Notes: generated by a model from the letters alone, not told the origin. 64,000 bases of DNA from Candidatus Heimdallarchaeota archaeon (GCA_019057375.1 DXJF01000011.1:1-64000), one strand, 5' to 3'; positions 1 to 9,737 are shown, counted from the first letter of the stretch. Program-made: numbers and translations.

Positions 1-86
1 AGGACAAAATATTGATTTTAGCTACTCATGATGAAAAAATCGCTGAGAAATCAGAAATAGTTGTTTCATTACAGAAAAGGTTTTGA
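1..86 (+). CDS. ABC transporter ATP-binding protein, C-terminal fragment (5' end outside window)
   Basis: Frame 3 reads DKILILATHDEKIAEKSEIVVSLQKRF*, containing the H-loop motif (ATHD) of LolD-like ABC ATPases. TGA is at 84-86; the frame stays open for 21 more codons to TAA at 150-152. Confidence 0.6.
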   Translation, partial: DKILILATHDEKIAEKSEIVVSLQKRF

Positions 87-194
87 AAAAAAGATAAAGC
101 TCAAGAAACTGAGAAATATATGACAGATCATGCATCCTATTTTCTTCAGTAAAATACCAAAATTCAAGCAGTTATAAGTGCTTAATTAATTCTA

Positions 195-218
195 GTTCGA
201 ATCCGCCGTGCCCCACCA
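195..218 (+). mobile_element. Isolated tRNA 3'-end copy, putative attachment (att) site
   Basis: GTTCGAAT-CCGCC-GTGCCCC-A-CCA has exact tRNA 3' geometry (T-loop, 5 nt T-stem strand, 7 nt acceptor strand, discriminator, CCA). The upstream sequence (TTAATTCTA) cannot form the 5' T-stem or any other tRNA arm. Confidence 0.65.
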
Positions 219-278
219 CTTTTGTTCAATGCTAAAGGTTAAAACTATTTTTCGTAAAATTAGCTATTAAGTGGTCTT

Positions 279-794
279 ATGAGTAAAGTTTTGGTTTCAT
301 ATCAAACATTATATGGGGCAACAAGAGAAGCTGCTTCTTTAATTGCAGATACTCTTGAGAAGGATTATGGATTTCAAGTTGATATATATCAGTTGGAAGA
401 GAATAAAATTACTCCTGATTCTTCTGATTACGAAAACATAATTATTGGAAGTTGCATTTTCCATGGAAAGTGGGGAAAAAGCGCTGAGGAATTTCTTAGA
501 AATGATTTTACAAACAAAAATGTTGCTGTTTTCGTATGTGCAGGTTTCGCTGGAGAAGAAAAACTCTACAATCAAGCACATCGAGTTTTCATTGAAGAGG
601 TCTTAGAGAAACATCCAAAAGTAAAACCAGTTTCAATGAAAGCCTTTGGAGGGAGAGTGCCAAGAGCAAAAATCCCTCATATTTGGTATATGCAAACAAC
701 GAAAAAAATGCCAAGTTTTGGTTATGACACTAGAAATTTGGAAAAAGTCAAGGAATGGGCTCATGAACTAGGAAACTTATTTCGCAAAACCTAG
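279..794 (+). CDS. Flavodoxin-domain protein (HemG/flavodoxin_5-like)
   Basis: N-terminal FMN-binding loop YQTLYGATR, IIIGSCIFHGKW, VAVFVCAG and AFGG motifs. Confidence 0.8.
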   Translation: MSKVLVSYQTLYGATREAASLIADTLEKDYGFQVDIYQLEENKITPDSSDYENIIIGSCIFHGKWGKSAEEFLRNDFTNKNVAVFVCAGFAGEEKLYNQAHRVFIEEVLEKHPKVKPVSMKAFGGRVPRAKIPHIWYMQTTKKMPSFGYDTRNLEKVKEWAHELGNLFRKT

Positions 795-889
795 TTGAAA
801 AGTTGTTCTAACCACAAGTCTTTATAAACGGGTTTTATATTGATGTTATTATCTTTAAGATATATAAAATACCTAATAGGTGAATTACA

Positions 890-1825
890 TTGGATTCAGC
901 ATTTCAACAAGTTGTTGAGGATATACGAACCTTACGAATTCAAGGAGCTACAAATATCGCAATTGAGGGAGTAAAAGCCTTTGCTTCATTAGCTACTCGT
1001 CTTGAAGTTTCCTCATTAGATAATCTCTTTGAGGAACTGGAAAAAGCTAGATACATTTTAGCTACAGCCAGAGCTACTGAACCTGCTCTTCGAAACGGTT
1101 TGAGATATGTTGTTTATAATCTACATGAAAAAGCAAATTCTGTTCAAGAAGCCAAAGAAATCGCTAACTCTTTTACTCAAGAGTATGTTAACCTACTCAA
1201 AGAATCGAAAAGTAAGGTTATTTCCTATGGTTCCCACAGAATTAAACCAGGAAGTACTATCATGACCCATTGTCATTCTTCTTTATCTACTGGGGTCATT
1301 CTAGAAGCACATAATCAAGGCAAAGACATACGAGTTTTCTGTACTGAAACTCGCCCCCTATATCAAGGACGAATTACTGCTAAAGAATTAGTTGAAGCAG
1401 GGATTACAACTACTCAAGTTGTTGATAGTGCAATGAGATGGGTTTTGAATAGGCATGATGTTGACATCATAATTACAGGGGCAGATGCAATTACAAGTCA
1501 AGGTACAGTCATTAATAAAATTGGGACACGTTTATTAGCTCTTGCTGCTAAAGAAATGGATATACCATTTTATACAGCGATTAATCTCCTAAAATATGAT
1601 CCTGAAACAAGTATTGGCAAACTATCAGAAATAGAAATGAGAGCAGGAACAGAGATTTGGGAAAATCCTCCAGAGGGATTAAATTTTCTAAACCCTGCGT
1701 TCGAAACTGTTTCTTCCGACTTGATTGATGGCATAATAACAGAATCAGGTGTTTTTTCACCTTCAATAGTTTATATGATAATTAAAGAGAAGTATCCTTT
1801 TATGATAATCAGTGAGGATACATAG
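890..1825 (+). CDS. e2b2: Ribose-1,5-bisphosphate isomerase (eIF-2B alpha-like family)
   Basis: IQGATNIA, RATEPALRN, MTHCHSS, ETRP, GADAI, NKIGT and NPAFE motifs; directly upstream of RuBisCO; TTG start. Confidence 0.9.
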   Translation: MDSAFQQVVEDIRTLRIQGATNIAIEGVKAFASLATRLEVSSLDNLFEELEKARYILATARATEPALRNGLRYVVYNLHEKANSVQEAKEIANSFTQEYVNLLKESKSKVISYGSHRIKPGSTIMTHCHSSLSTGVILEAHNQGKDIRVFCTETRPLYQGRITAKELVEAGITTTQVVDSAMRWVLNRHDVDIIITGADAITSQGTVINKIGTRLLALAAKEMDIPFYTAINLLKYDPETSIGKLSEIEMRAGTEIWENPPEGLNFLNPAFETVSSDLIDGIITESGVFSPSIVYMIIKEKYPFMIISEDT

Positions 1826-1854
1826 AACATTTATGATTAATTTTGGTGACAAAT

Positions 1855-3111
1855 ATGAAAGATAAATATAAAGAATTACTAGTTGCTCGTTATTATGTAG
1901 AGCATGTAAAGTCCGTGGAACAAGCAGGAGAGGATATCGCGGACGAAGAAAGCGTTGGTACATGGACCAAACTTACTACAATTGAAAACACAGAGATAGA
2001 TATTATTCCCAGATTAAGAGCTGAGATTCTAGATACCAAGGTTATTGGCGACCACGAAGGGTATCAAAGTGGAGAAGTATTAATTGGATTTAAGACAGAG
2101 ACATTTGATACAGAAGCAGGGATTACTAGCATCCTGTCCATGCTAGCAGGTAATCTTTTTGGTTTAGGAGCACTTCGCAATATACGATGGGTTGATGTAG
2201 AATTTCCCAGAAGTGTTACAGAAAACTTCCCAGGACCAAAATTTGGAGTACAAGGAGTACGTAAAATCTTAGGTACTGACAAAGGTGAATTTCCAAATCG
2301 TCCTCATTTAGGAACAATAGTTAAACCAAAGATGGGATTAACAGCAAAAGAATGGGCTCAAGTAGCTTATGAAGCGGCTATTGGTGGTGTAGATTTTATC
2401 AAAGATGATGAAAATCTAAGTAACCAACCTTTCTGCCCAATAGCAGATAGAACCGTTGCAGTATTAGAAAAGATGGATCAAGTGAAGGAAGAAACAGGAA
2501 GAACTGTAATCCACGCTGTGAATGTAACTGCAAAGCATGATGTCATGTGGAGAAGGATAGAGGAAGCTGTTGATAATGGGGCAAAATGCTTGATGATAGA
2601 TGTTATCCTTACTGGATTTCAAGAACTAGCCCAAATGGCAGCTGATCCAAGTGTGAAGTTGCCCATTCATGTTCATAGAACTATGCATGCAGCTTTTACT
2701 CGCAACCAGAGACACGGTATATCTATGTTACCTGTTGCAAAAATAATCCGTATGGTAGGTGGTGATCAACTTCACATAGGATCGTATGGTCAAGGTAAAA
2801 TGGCAGAAATTGAAGCAGAAGCTCCCCACTTAAAGGGTGCTTTGTTAAATCAGTTCTATGAATTTAAGCAAACCTTCCCTGTTGCATCAGGGGGTTTGTA
2901 CCCTGCTAAAATACCCAATCTAGTTAAACACGGTGGTAACAACTTGATAATCCAAGCTGGTGGTGGCATCCACGGCCACCCTGACGGTACAAGAAAGGGT
3001 GCAATGGCAATGAGGCAAGCTCTAGATGCTACACTTAAAGGTATTTCTTTAGAAGAATATTCTAAAGAGCATGTTGAATTAGCAAGAGCTCTTGAAAAAT
3101 GGGGAAATTAA
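1855..3111 (+). CDS. rbcL: RuBisCO large subunit, form III-like
   Basis: Catalytic motifs are present: EESVGTWT (E60/T65), GNLFG (N123), KPK (K175/K177), KDDE (K201/D203/E204), HVHR (H294/R295), DQLH...GKM (H327/K334), SGG and GGG. ATG at 1855 preferred over the upstream alternative start. Confidence 0.92.
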   Translation: MKDKYKELLVARYYVEHVKSVEQAGEDIADEESVGTWTKLTTIENTEIDIIPRLRAEILDTKVIGDHEGYQSGEVLIGFKTETFDTEAGITSILSMLAGNLFGLGALRNIRWVDVEFPRSVTENFPGPKFGVQGVRKILGTDKGEFPNRPHLGTIVKPKMGLTAKEWAQVAYEAAIGGVDFIKDDENLSNQPFCPIADRTVAVLEKMDQVKEETGRTVIHAVNVTAKHDVMWRRIEEAVDNGAKCLMIDVILTGFQELAQMAADPSVKLPIHVHRTMHAAFTRNQRHGISMLPVAKIIRMVGGDQLHIGSYGQGKMAEIEAEAPHLKGALLNQFYEFKQTFPVASGGLYPAKIPNLVKHGGNNLIIQAGGGIHGHPDGTRKGAMAMRQALDATLKGISLEEYSKEHVELARALEKWGN

Positions 3112-3249
3112 GATCCCCTAGTTTTTCTCTATCTTCTATTATGAAATCATATCTCAATGAATTAGTATAATTGATTTCTTGAAGTAGTTACAGATGGTTT
3201 TAATCTTCTCATTTAATAAAATCGAATAATATTAACTAAGAAAATTATC

Positions 3250-3404
3250 ATGGATTATCAAAAAATACATTTTTCTCACTATTATTATGTCTCTGTATTA
3301 TCACGCTAGTGTTTATGTGGTTATCAGCTTGGTTTCGATATAACTATAAAAGAAAAAGGATAGAAAAACGAAATAAAGACAAGATTATTGAAGTTATAAA
3401 TTGA
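3250..3404 (+). pseudogene. Small single-pass membrane protein, frameshifted
   Basis: ATG at 3250 (MDYQKIHF) joins FSLLLCLCIITLVFMWLSAWFRYNYKRKRIEKRNKDKIIEVIN* (TM helix plus basic tail) if one T is added to the T-run at 3270-3274. Confidence 0.4.
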
Positions 3405-3428
3405 TAATTAACTGTAGTTTATTACCAT

Positions 3429-4076
3429 TTATCGTTTTCTCTTTCTATTCTTATGGATTACTAAGAGTGTTAGCATAAGTATTGATAGAGGTAAGATAAT
3501 AGTGAAATCTGTTTGTTCTGTAGGATAGTAGTCAAACAGAGTATAAGTGATATTCACAATTCCAGAAGTAACTTGAATCAAAGTAGGTAATATTTCAGCA
3601 GATTCACCCATTCCAGAGTTAAAAGCAGTATTGATGGGTCTAATGATTGTATAGTTGCCGTCTGGGAGACAAGACAAATCTGATTGATTAATAAAGAATT
3701 TAATGCTTTCATATTCCTTAGTAATAGCTGGTGGATAAGTATACTCAGTTCCAGCATTAGAACAAATAATTATGGGTTCTAATCCTAACGTTTGATTAAC
3801 AAAGGAAGCATTAATTAGAATCTTTGGATCATAATCTGCGTTCTCATATACGGTAAAATTCTCACTATTTCTATTCAAAATTTCTACTGAAACATTGATT
3901 CTAAAAAGTGTATTATTGGGTTTATCATAACTAGAATCAGTAATTACTGAAATTTCTGTGATTTGAGAGATTCTAGAAGCAATTACAGGTTGATCTGTTA
4001 AAACTAAACCAACGGGAAATAGGAGTATAAAAGAAAGTAGAACAAAAACCATTAAATTACTTAATTTTTTGATCAT
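3429..4076 (-). CDS. Secreted/surface protein with C-terminal TM anchor and basic tail
   Basis: N-terminal hydrophobic signal segment, many N-x-S/T sequons, C-terminus TEQTDFTIILPLSILMLTLLVIHKNRKRKR. Confidence 0.7.
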   Translation of the reverse strand: MIKKLSNLMVFVLLSFILLFPVGLVLTDQPVIASRISQITEISVITDSSYDKPNNTLFRINVSVEILNRNSENFTVYENADYDPKILINASFVNQTLGLEPIIICSNAGTEYTYPPAITKEYESIKFFINQSDLSCLPDGNYTIIRPINTAFNSGMGESAEILPTLIQVTSGIVNITYTLFDYYPTEQTDFTIILPLSILMLTLLVIHKNRKRKR

Positions 4077-4149
4077 AATCTTCTTCTCCTTCTTATTGTT
4101 TTTTAGTTTGGAATCTTAAATAATAGATATGTATTGACACATATAACTA

Positions 4150-5319
4150 TTACCTTGCTAGTCTCCCCTCCGTATATGCTCTGCCATATGCTAAGTAAGC
4201 ATCAACATACCCATATCCCAATTTCACGTGAAAAGTACTTCTAGAACTAGCATACATTAAGATATCAATAACCTTTTGAACAGATGGATCTGTTGAAGAT
4301 CCAATACCACTGTGATATCCTGTTATAACTAAAGCTATGATGGCTGCTAAATAAGGAGTACTAAAACTCGTTCCCCATGCATAGTACCATTTTAAGGTGT
4401 ATGTTACAGGGTCAGTTTTAAGAATAGGAATGCCGTTACCTGGATCTAACCAATTTACAATGTGATTATCTGTTTCATCATCTTCATACCATGATGAAAA
4501 ACTTGATAATTCGTCTTTATTACCTGGTTTTTGACCAGATTCTCGAGTTTCATGGTTTATTGAGCCTACACAATACCATTCTGAATAATACTGTGGGTAC
4601 ATCATATAACTATAGATATAGTAATTTTTATAGTTTCCATTATTTCCAGCTGCTGAAAGCATTATTACTCCATTACTAATCAAATTATCCCAGATCTGTT
4701 CAATAGCTGTTGTTTTGAAATTACTTGAAGTAGATATAGATGTTGTTACAATATCAATATCATATGTAGACTGATGATCATCAATCCATTCCCAAAGTTT
4801 GTAATCAGCATACTCAAATCCATATGGATCATAACTTTTTTCCAAATCTATGAAGATTACTTCAACATCCCTTGCTATTGAAGCAATTACAGAACAAACA
4901 TGCAATCCATGATTAGTGTAAAACTGATCATCTAAATAGGGATCGTTTCGATTCGTAATCCATTTTACTGTAGATTCATCATAATCTTCAGTAAGAAAGC
5001 CTATAATATCAATATTTGCAATAGAATTATCTTCTAAAAACTCCCAATAATCACTACTGAGACCGTAATCAATCACAACTATTGTAACATCATCATCAAT
5101 GTGAATACCATAGTAATCTACTACACAGTCTGCTCCTGTATGTGTATAGGCTGTATCTTGAAGATCTCCTACTTTCGAGGAGGGATTTGGCACTTTTGTA
5201 GTTGGATAACCATTAAAGGAGAGGATTTGAGAAATATCAGGACAAATTGGGATAGGAGATAAACATATCACAAAAAATAGAAATATTGCTGAAATCTTTA
5301 CATATTTGATAAACATCAC
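4150..5319 (-). CDS. Secreted subtilisin-like serine peptidase (S8)
   Basis: Signal peptide; catalytic triad motifs VIDYG (Asp), HGLHVCS (His), GTSFSTP (Ser); oxyanion-hole AAGN. Confidence 0.88.
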   Translation of the reverse strand: MMFIKYVKISAIFLFFVICLSPIPICPDISQILSFNGYPTTKVPNPSSKVGDLQDTAYTHTGADCVVDYYGIHIDDDVTIVVIDYGLSSDYWEFLEDNSIANIDIIGFLTEDYDESTVKWITNRNDPYLDDQFYTNHGLHVCSVIASIARDVEVIFIDLEKSYDPYGFEYADYKLWEWIDDHQSTYDIDIVTTSISTSSNFKTTAIEQIWDNLISNGVIMLSAAGNNGNYKNYYIYSYMMYPQYYSEWYCVGSINHETRESGQKPGNKDELSSFSSWYEDDETDNHIVNWLDPGNGIPILKTDPVTYTLKWYYAWGTSFSTPYLAAIIALVITGYHSGIGSSTDPSVQKVIDILMYASSRSTFHVKLGYGYVDAYLAYGRAYTEGRLAR

Positions 5320-5545
5320 CTTCCTTCTGAATTTTGAAATTGCTATATTTAATAGAAAGAAGATATAAAAAGATTTCTGCCATTCTCTAAAGTTTCAAGT
5401 CCAAGATTATTATTGATAACAGTTGTGCTGTTTTTCTTAGGCTGGGTACTTATAGGAATAATTAGAACAGTCAAACTCAACAAATCGTAGCTATTGATGT
5501 TTTTTCTCACCTTTATAAATCAAATTAAAAATATACGTTATAGAC

Positions 5546-7197
5546 ATGGTAAAAAGCAGAGAAAGACTCTATCTGATAGTTATAATTACTAGCTTAATGC
5601 TCTTAACTTACATAAGTTCATTTTCTCAAACAGACATCTCGATTCAGAGTACTCTTTCTCCATCTTCTTTTCCCGAAATTGTCTATAACTATAATTACAC
5701 ATTCACAAAACAATATTTTACTGCTGAACTTGATTTAGAGTTAGATACTTTCAATGTCTTAACCATGTTTTTCTTTACCTCAGGTGAAAAAACTAATTCT
5801 TATGGAATAGATGTAATATTCAAAATTGAACAAACAGAGATTAGGTTCACAATAGAAAAGCTGTTCCAAGATACTCTAAATTACAATTTTTCTCAAATCT
5901 TTTCTTTTCCTGAAGCTTTTACTGGTAAAAAGAAGATTACCATTACTTGTGAAGCACAAACCTCTCATTTCTATCAATCTGGATCATTACACATCACTTC
6001 TCAAACAACAATAGAGAAAATTTTACCTCAACAACTAACCGCAACTCCTTCTTCTCTCCCCCTATTTCCTAACTGGATTAAATTTATGGGATATAGCATA
6101 GCTACAAGAACAAGAAGTGTTTCTGCTATTTTCAATAATTCTTTGAATTATGATAAACTTAATCTATCCTTGTCTTTTTTAGCAAATGATTTCTCAGCTC
6201 TTGAACAATATTTTAACGTTGAAATCAACAATCAGATAGTATGCACGCAAGAGTTTCAAGAAAATGAGTATACATCAACAAGTTTCTTATCTAAACTCAA
6301 TTCTGGAATGAATTTATTGGAAATCCATTTTTCTGTTGCAATGTGTGTTGATGAGATAATTTTGTCCAACATTCATTTAACTATTAATGGTCTAAATAAT
6401 CAAGATATTCTTCCACATAATGCATATGATTGGTACGAATGGAACAACAAAGAATTTGACCACTCATTTGATTTATCAGTATTGAAATCCCAAGTTAGTA
6501 ATCCAGAACAGATTGTGGAAGTTCAGGTGAATTATGGGTGTATAGGATCAGTAATTCATCCTGCAATTCGATATAACATTTATGTTGGGATTAATACTGT
6601 AGAATCAGGAGAGATTGGAGAAGGAAACCAGAAAAATAGCTCTCAGACAATTACAACCAAGTTTCCAACTACGGATAACAGTGAACCTATTACTTTCAGA
6701 ATTCAGGGGGCAGCAACAGGATTAGGTTACTTCTACATCCTTAATACTAGTTTTATTACTTCTGAAGAATTACCAAAACTTCATGAAAATGATACTCTAG
6801 AAAGAACAGTAATAGAGACTGAGAGTCATGTTACTCCCTCTTTTTTCTCTCTAGACTTAACTTATACGGATTTTTTTAATTCTACACTAGATAGTTATCA
6901 CCATCTCTTTAACATTTCTATGTCTTTTTCCCTAACTAATGAGTTTGGGGTTGCAATAAGAGAGATACGCGTTCTTATGAAATTTGATTTGATAGTCGTA
7001 TTTGATAAGCAATTCTCATACGATAAACTAATCGTCCTTCAAAAGCAACAGATACTCTATTCTCAAGTCTACAGAGTGAAGCTTATTTAAACAATTTTTG
7101 GAGATGAGGAGGAAATAACTCTTACCAACCTTAAATACTCGCTTTTTAGTTCTTTAAATAACAATGAAACTCCTTCTACTGAAAAAACTTCTTCTGA
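5546..7197 (+). pseudogene. Large secreted beta-rich protein, interrupted by TAA at 7088-7090 and truncated at ~7197
   Basis: 514-aa ORF with N-terminal signal/TM. The same frame continues after the stop as TIFGDEEEITLTNLKYSLFSSLNNNETPSTEKTSSDP, then runs into the antisense of the SDR gene; no C-terminal anchor is seen. Confidence 0.6.
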
Positions 7198-7911
7198 TCC
7201 TGTTACTCCTTCCAATTCGGATGAAGTAACTAATCGCATAGTGCTAATTATGCCCTTTTTAACAGGTAAAGCTCGATCTACAATATGTTGCGCTCTTTGA
7301 GGATTGAGGTTGGTATTTATAAGTCCTGGATGAAGACAATTTACCGTAATACCGCTATTCTTCAGCAATCGTGAAAGCTTATATCCAAACATTACATTTG
7401 CAAGTTTTGAATGAGCGTAATTTTTATACAAATCATAGTCTGTTTTTCCTTGAAGAGTATCAAAATCCATCTTGTCTACTCGAAAGTGCATACCTGAACT
7501 TACAATCACAATCCGTTTATACTCAGATTTTGCTACCAAATCCAACAAAAGAGAAGTAGTAAGGAAATAGGCTAAATGATTGACTGCAAAAGTCAACTCA
7601 TAGCCATTTTCTGAACAATTGAGCCCGTGAATTTGTGCTCCAGCATTGTTTACTAAAACATCAATTTTGTCATAACGCTTGTGAAGGACTTCTGACATTG
7701 ATCTTATTTGCTGAAAAGAAGACATATTTGCGAGTACAAAATCAATTTTCTCATTTTTTGACTCTGATTTGGTGAAATTAACTGTATCTATGGTTTTATC
7801 CTTGTTCCTACCATGAATTATGATATAAGCACCTTGTTTTGCTAATTCAAGAGCTGCTTGTTTTCCAATCCCATCTGTGGATCCAGAAATAAATATGATT
7901 CTTCCTTTCAT
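7087..7911 (-). pseudogene. Short-chain dehydrogenase/reductase (retinol dehydrogenase-like), 3'-truncated
   Basis: SGSTDGIG cofactor motif, NNAG, YAHSK catalytic motif and LHPG. Family-like sequence stops at ELEGVTG (codon 7198-7200); the rest of the ORF is antisense of the neighbouring gene. Confidence 0.75.
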
Positions 7912-8043
7912 GAGATTTTCGTGAATGACAAAACTAAATAGTTTTTGTTAAATTACGACTCTTGAATATTACCATCATCCAAATCTAACCTTTTTTCTTT
8001 TTCAGATAATCTTTAAAAAGTAGAAAATACCATAGTTGAGTCT

Positions 8044-8826
8044 ATGTTGAGTAACTATGTTGAAGCTAATGGCATAAATATGTTCTATATTGAAAAAGGA
8101 AAAGGTCATCCGTTAATTCTTCTTCATGGAGGTATTACCATTGCAGAAGATAATTGGGAGAATCAACTAGACTTTTTTTCTAAACACTTCAGAGTTATTG
8201 CTCCAGATAGTCGAGGTCACGGCAGAACAGATAACCCCACAGAAGAGTTTAGCTATAAGCTTATGGCAAATGATGTAGCAGCGTTAATTCAAGCATTGGA
8301 ATTAGAAAAACCCTTTGTATGTGGTTGGAGTGATGGTGGTCAAATAGCCCTGGAAATTGGTATAAACTATCCTAACTTAACAAAAGCTTTGATTGCGGGT
8401 GGAGTGTTGAGTGAAATCACTGATTATTATACCTCTATAATGAAAGTTTGGGGAGTAGAAGGACCAGGACAGATTGATTTTGAGAAACTCAGAAAAGTAA
8501 TTCCGCAGTTTACTAGAAAGTTACCAAAAATTCATACAGCAGGTTATGGAGATAAGTACTGGAAAAAACTTCTACAAAATATCTCAAAAATGTGGTTGGA
8601 TTCTGAAGAATTTCCTAAGAAAAGAATTGAACAAATTAGTGAACCAACATTAATTCTTGCTGGAGATAGTGATGCTGCCATTTCAATTGATGAATGTGTT
8701 AAAATGTATAAGTTAATTCCAAATGCTGAGCTTGCAATCATTCCAAAAGCTGATCATAATGTCTATGAAACAAAACCTGATTTATTTAATAGTATAGTAT
8801 TGGAATTCTTAATGAGGCATAAATGA
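8044..8826 (+). CDS. Alpha/beta hydrolase
   Basis: LLHGG, DSRGHGRT, nucleophile elbow GWSDGG, Asp in AGDSD, His in ADH. Confidence 0.9.
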   Translation: MLSNYVEANGINMFYIEKGKGHPLILLHGGITIAEDNWENQLDFFSKHFRVIAPDSRGHGRTDNPTEEFSYKLMANDVAALIQALELEKPFVCGWSDGGQIALEIGINYPNLTKALIAGGVLSEITDYYTSIMKVWGVEGPGQIDFEKLRKVIPQFTRKLPKIHTAGYGDKYWKKLLQNISKMWLDSEEFPKKRIEQISEPTLILAGDSDAAISIDECVKMYKLIPNAELAIIPKADHNVYETKPDLFNSIVLEFLMRHK

Positions 8827-8836
8827 TGAATGGGAT

Positions 8837-9397
8837 TCAAATTATGTATTCTATAATTGGAGGATCAATATTTAACAATCTAAAATACACACTGAGTTGT
8901 CCTCTATGATGTATGCTATGCTCAATCATTTCCAGCAGTAATTCTGCTTTAGTTGCGGGGCGACTAAAATTGGTTATAACCTCATTGAGTTTATCCGCGG
9001 AAAGTTTTTCTAAATATACTCTAAACTTCTTCGTTATACTTTGGTAAAGATTAACAATTTCAGGAATTGTATTCAGTTCCCTAAGGTTGTATGGAAGTGC
9101 TTCCCAATGATTATCCATTATCCCTCGCACATAATATTCTAAAGAACGAATGATGTGTAAAATTACTTCTCCTAAAGGTCTTATGCCTTCAGTAGGGGTT
9201 TTGAACAGAATACCATCTGTTTTTATTTCGTCTTTATCCACTAAATTTTCAAAAGATCCCCCTCTGAATTCCTGCAAAGCCTTCAAATATAGTTCTGTCT
9301 CTTTTAGATGTCTAAGAATTGCGGTTTTAAGAAAAGTTTCCAACATGTCATAAACCTCATAGAAATTGTGGCAATTATCCATTAATAAATCTGACAA
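8837..9397 (-). CDS. DinB/YfiT-family protein
   Basis: GEVILHI and EHSIHHRGQLSVYFRLL metal-binding His motifs. Confidence 0.85.
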   Translation of the reverse strand: MSDLLMDNCHNFYEVYDMLETFLKTAILRHLKETELYLKALQEFRGGSFENLVDKDEIKTDGILFKTPTEGIRPLGEVILHIIRSLEYYVRGIMDNHWEALPYNLRELNTIPEIVNLYQSITKKFRVYLEKLSADKLNEVITNFSRPATKAELLLEMIEHSIHHRGQLSVYFRLLNIDPPIIEYII

Positions 9398-9495
9398 TTT
9401 AAAACAATTTTTGATTTACCAAAAGAACACAAAAAAATCAAATCATGAACAGAAAGATTAAAAATATAAATAGAACAGATGAAAGTAGCGAAAAT

Positions 9496-9569
9496 ACGCT
9501 AATAGTCTAGTGGCAGGACTTCGCCCTTCCAAGGCGGGAACCCGGGTTCAAATCCCGGTTAGCGTACCA
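9496..9569 (+). tRNA. tRNA-Gly(TCC)
   Basis: Full cloverleaf: acceptor ACGCTAA/TTAGCGT, anticodon loop CTTCCAA, T-loop TTCAAAT, encoded CCA. Confidence 0.95.
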
Positions 9570-9662
9570 AATCTTTTTCATATTACTCATTTTGATATAT
9601 GATTTTTAATCATCACCAAACAGAAAAGATAAATATTGCTTCTAAAATACAACCTTACTCGT

Positions 9663-9737
9663 GCTCGTGTAGTCTAGTTGGTAGGACTCAGCCCTGCCAC
9701 GGCTGGAACCCGGGTTCGAATCCCGGCGCGTGCACCA
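9663..9737 (+). tRNA. tRNA-Gly(GCC)
   Basis: Cloverleaf with anticodon stem CAGCC/GGCTG, loop CTGCCAC, T-arm CCGGG-TTCGAAT-CCCGG, encoded CCA; U3:U70 mismatch. Confidence 0.93.
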
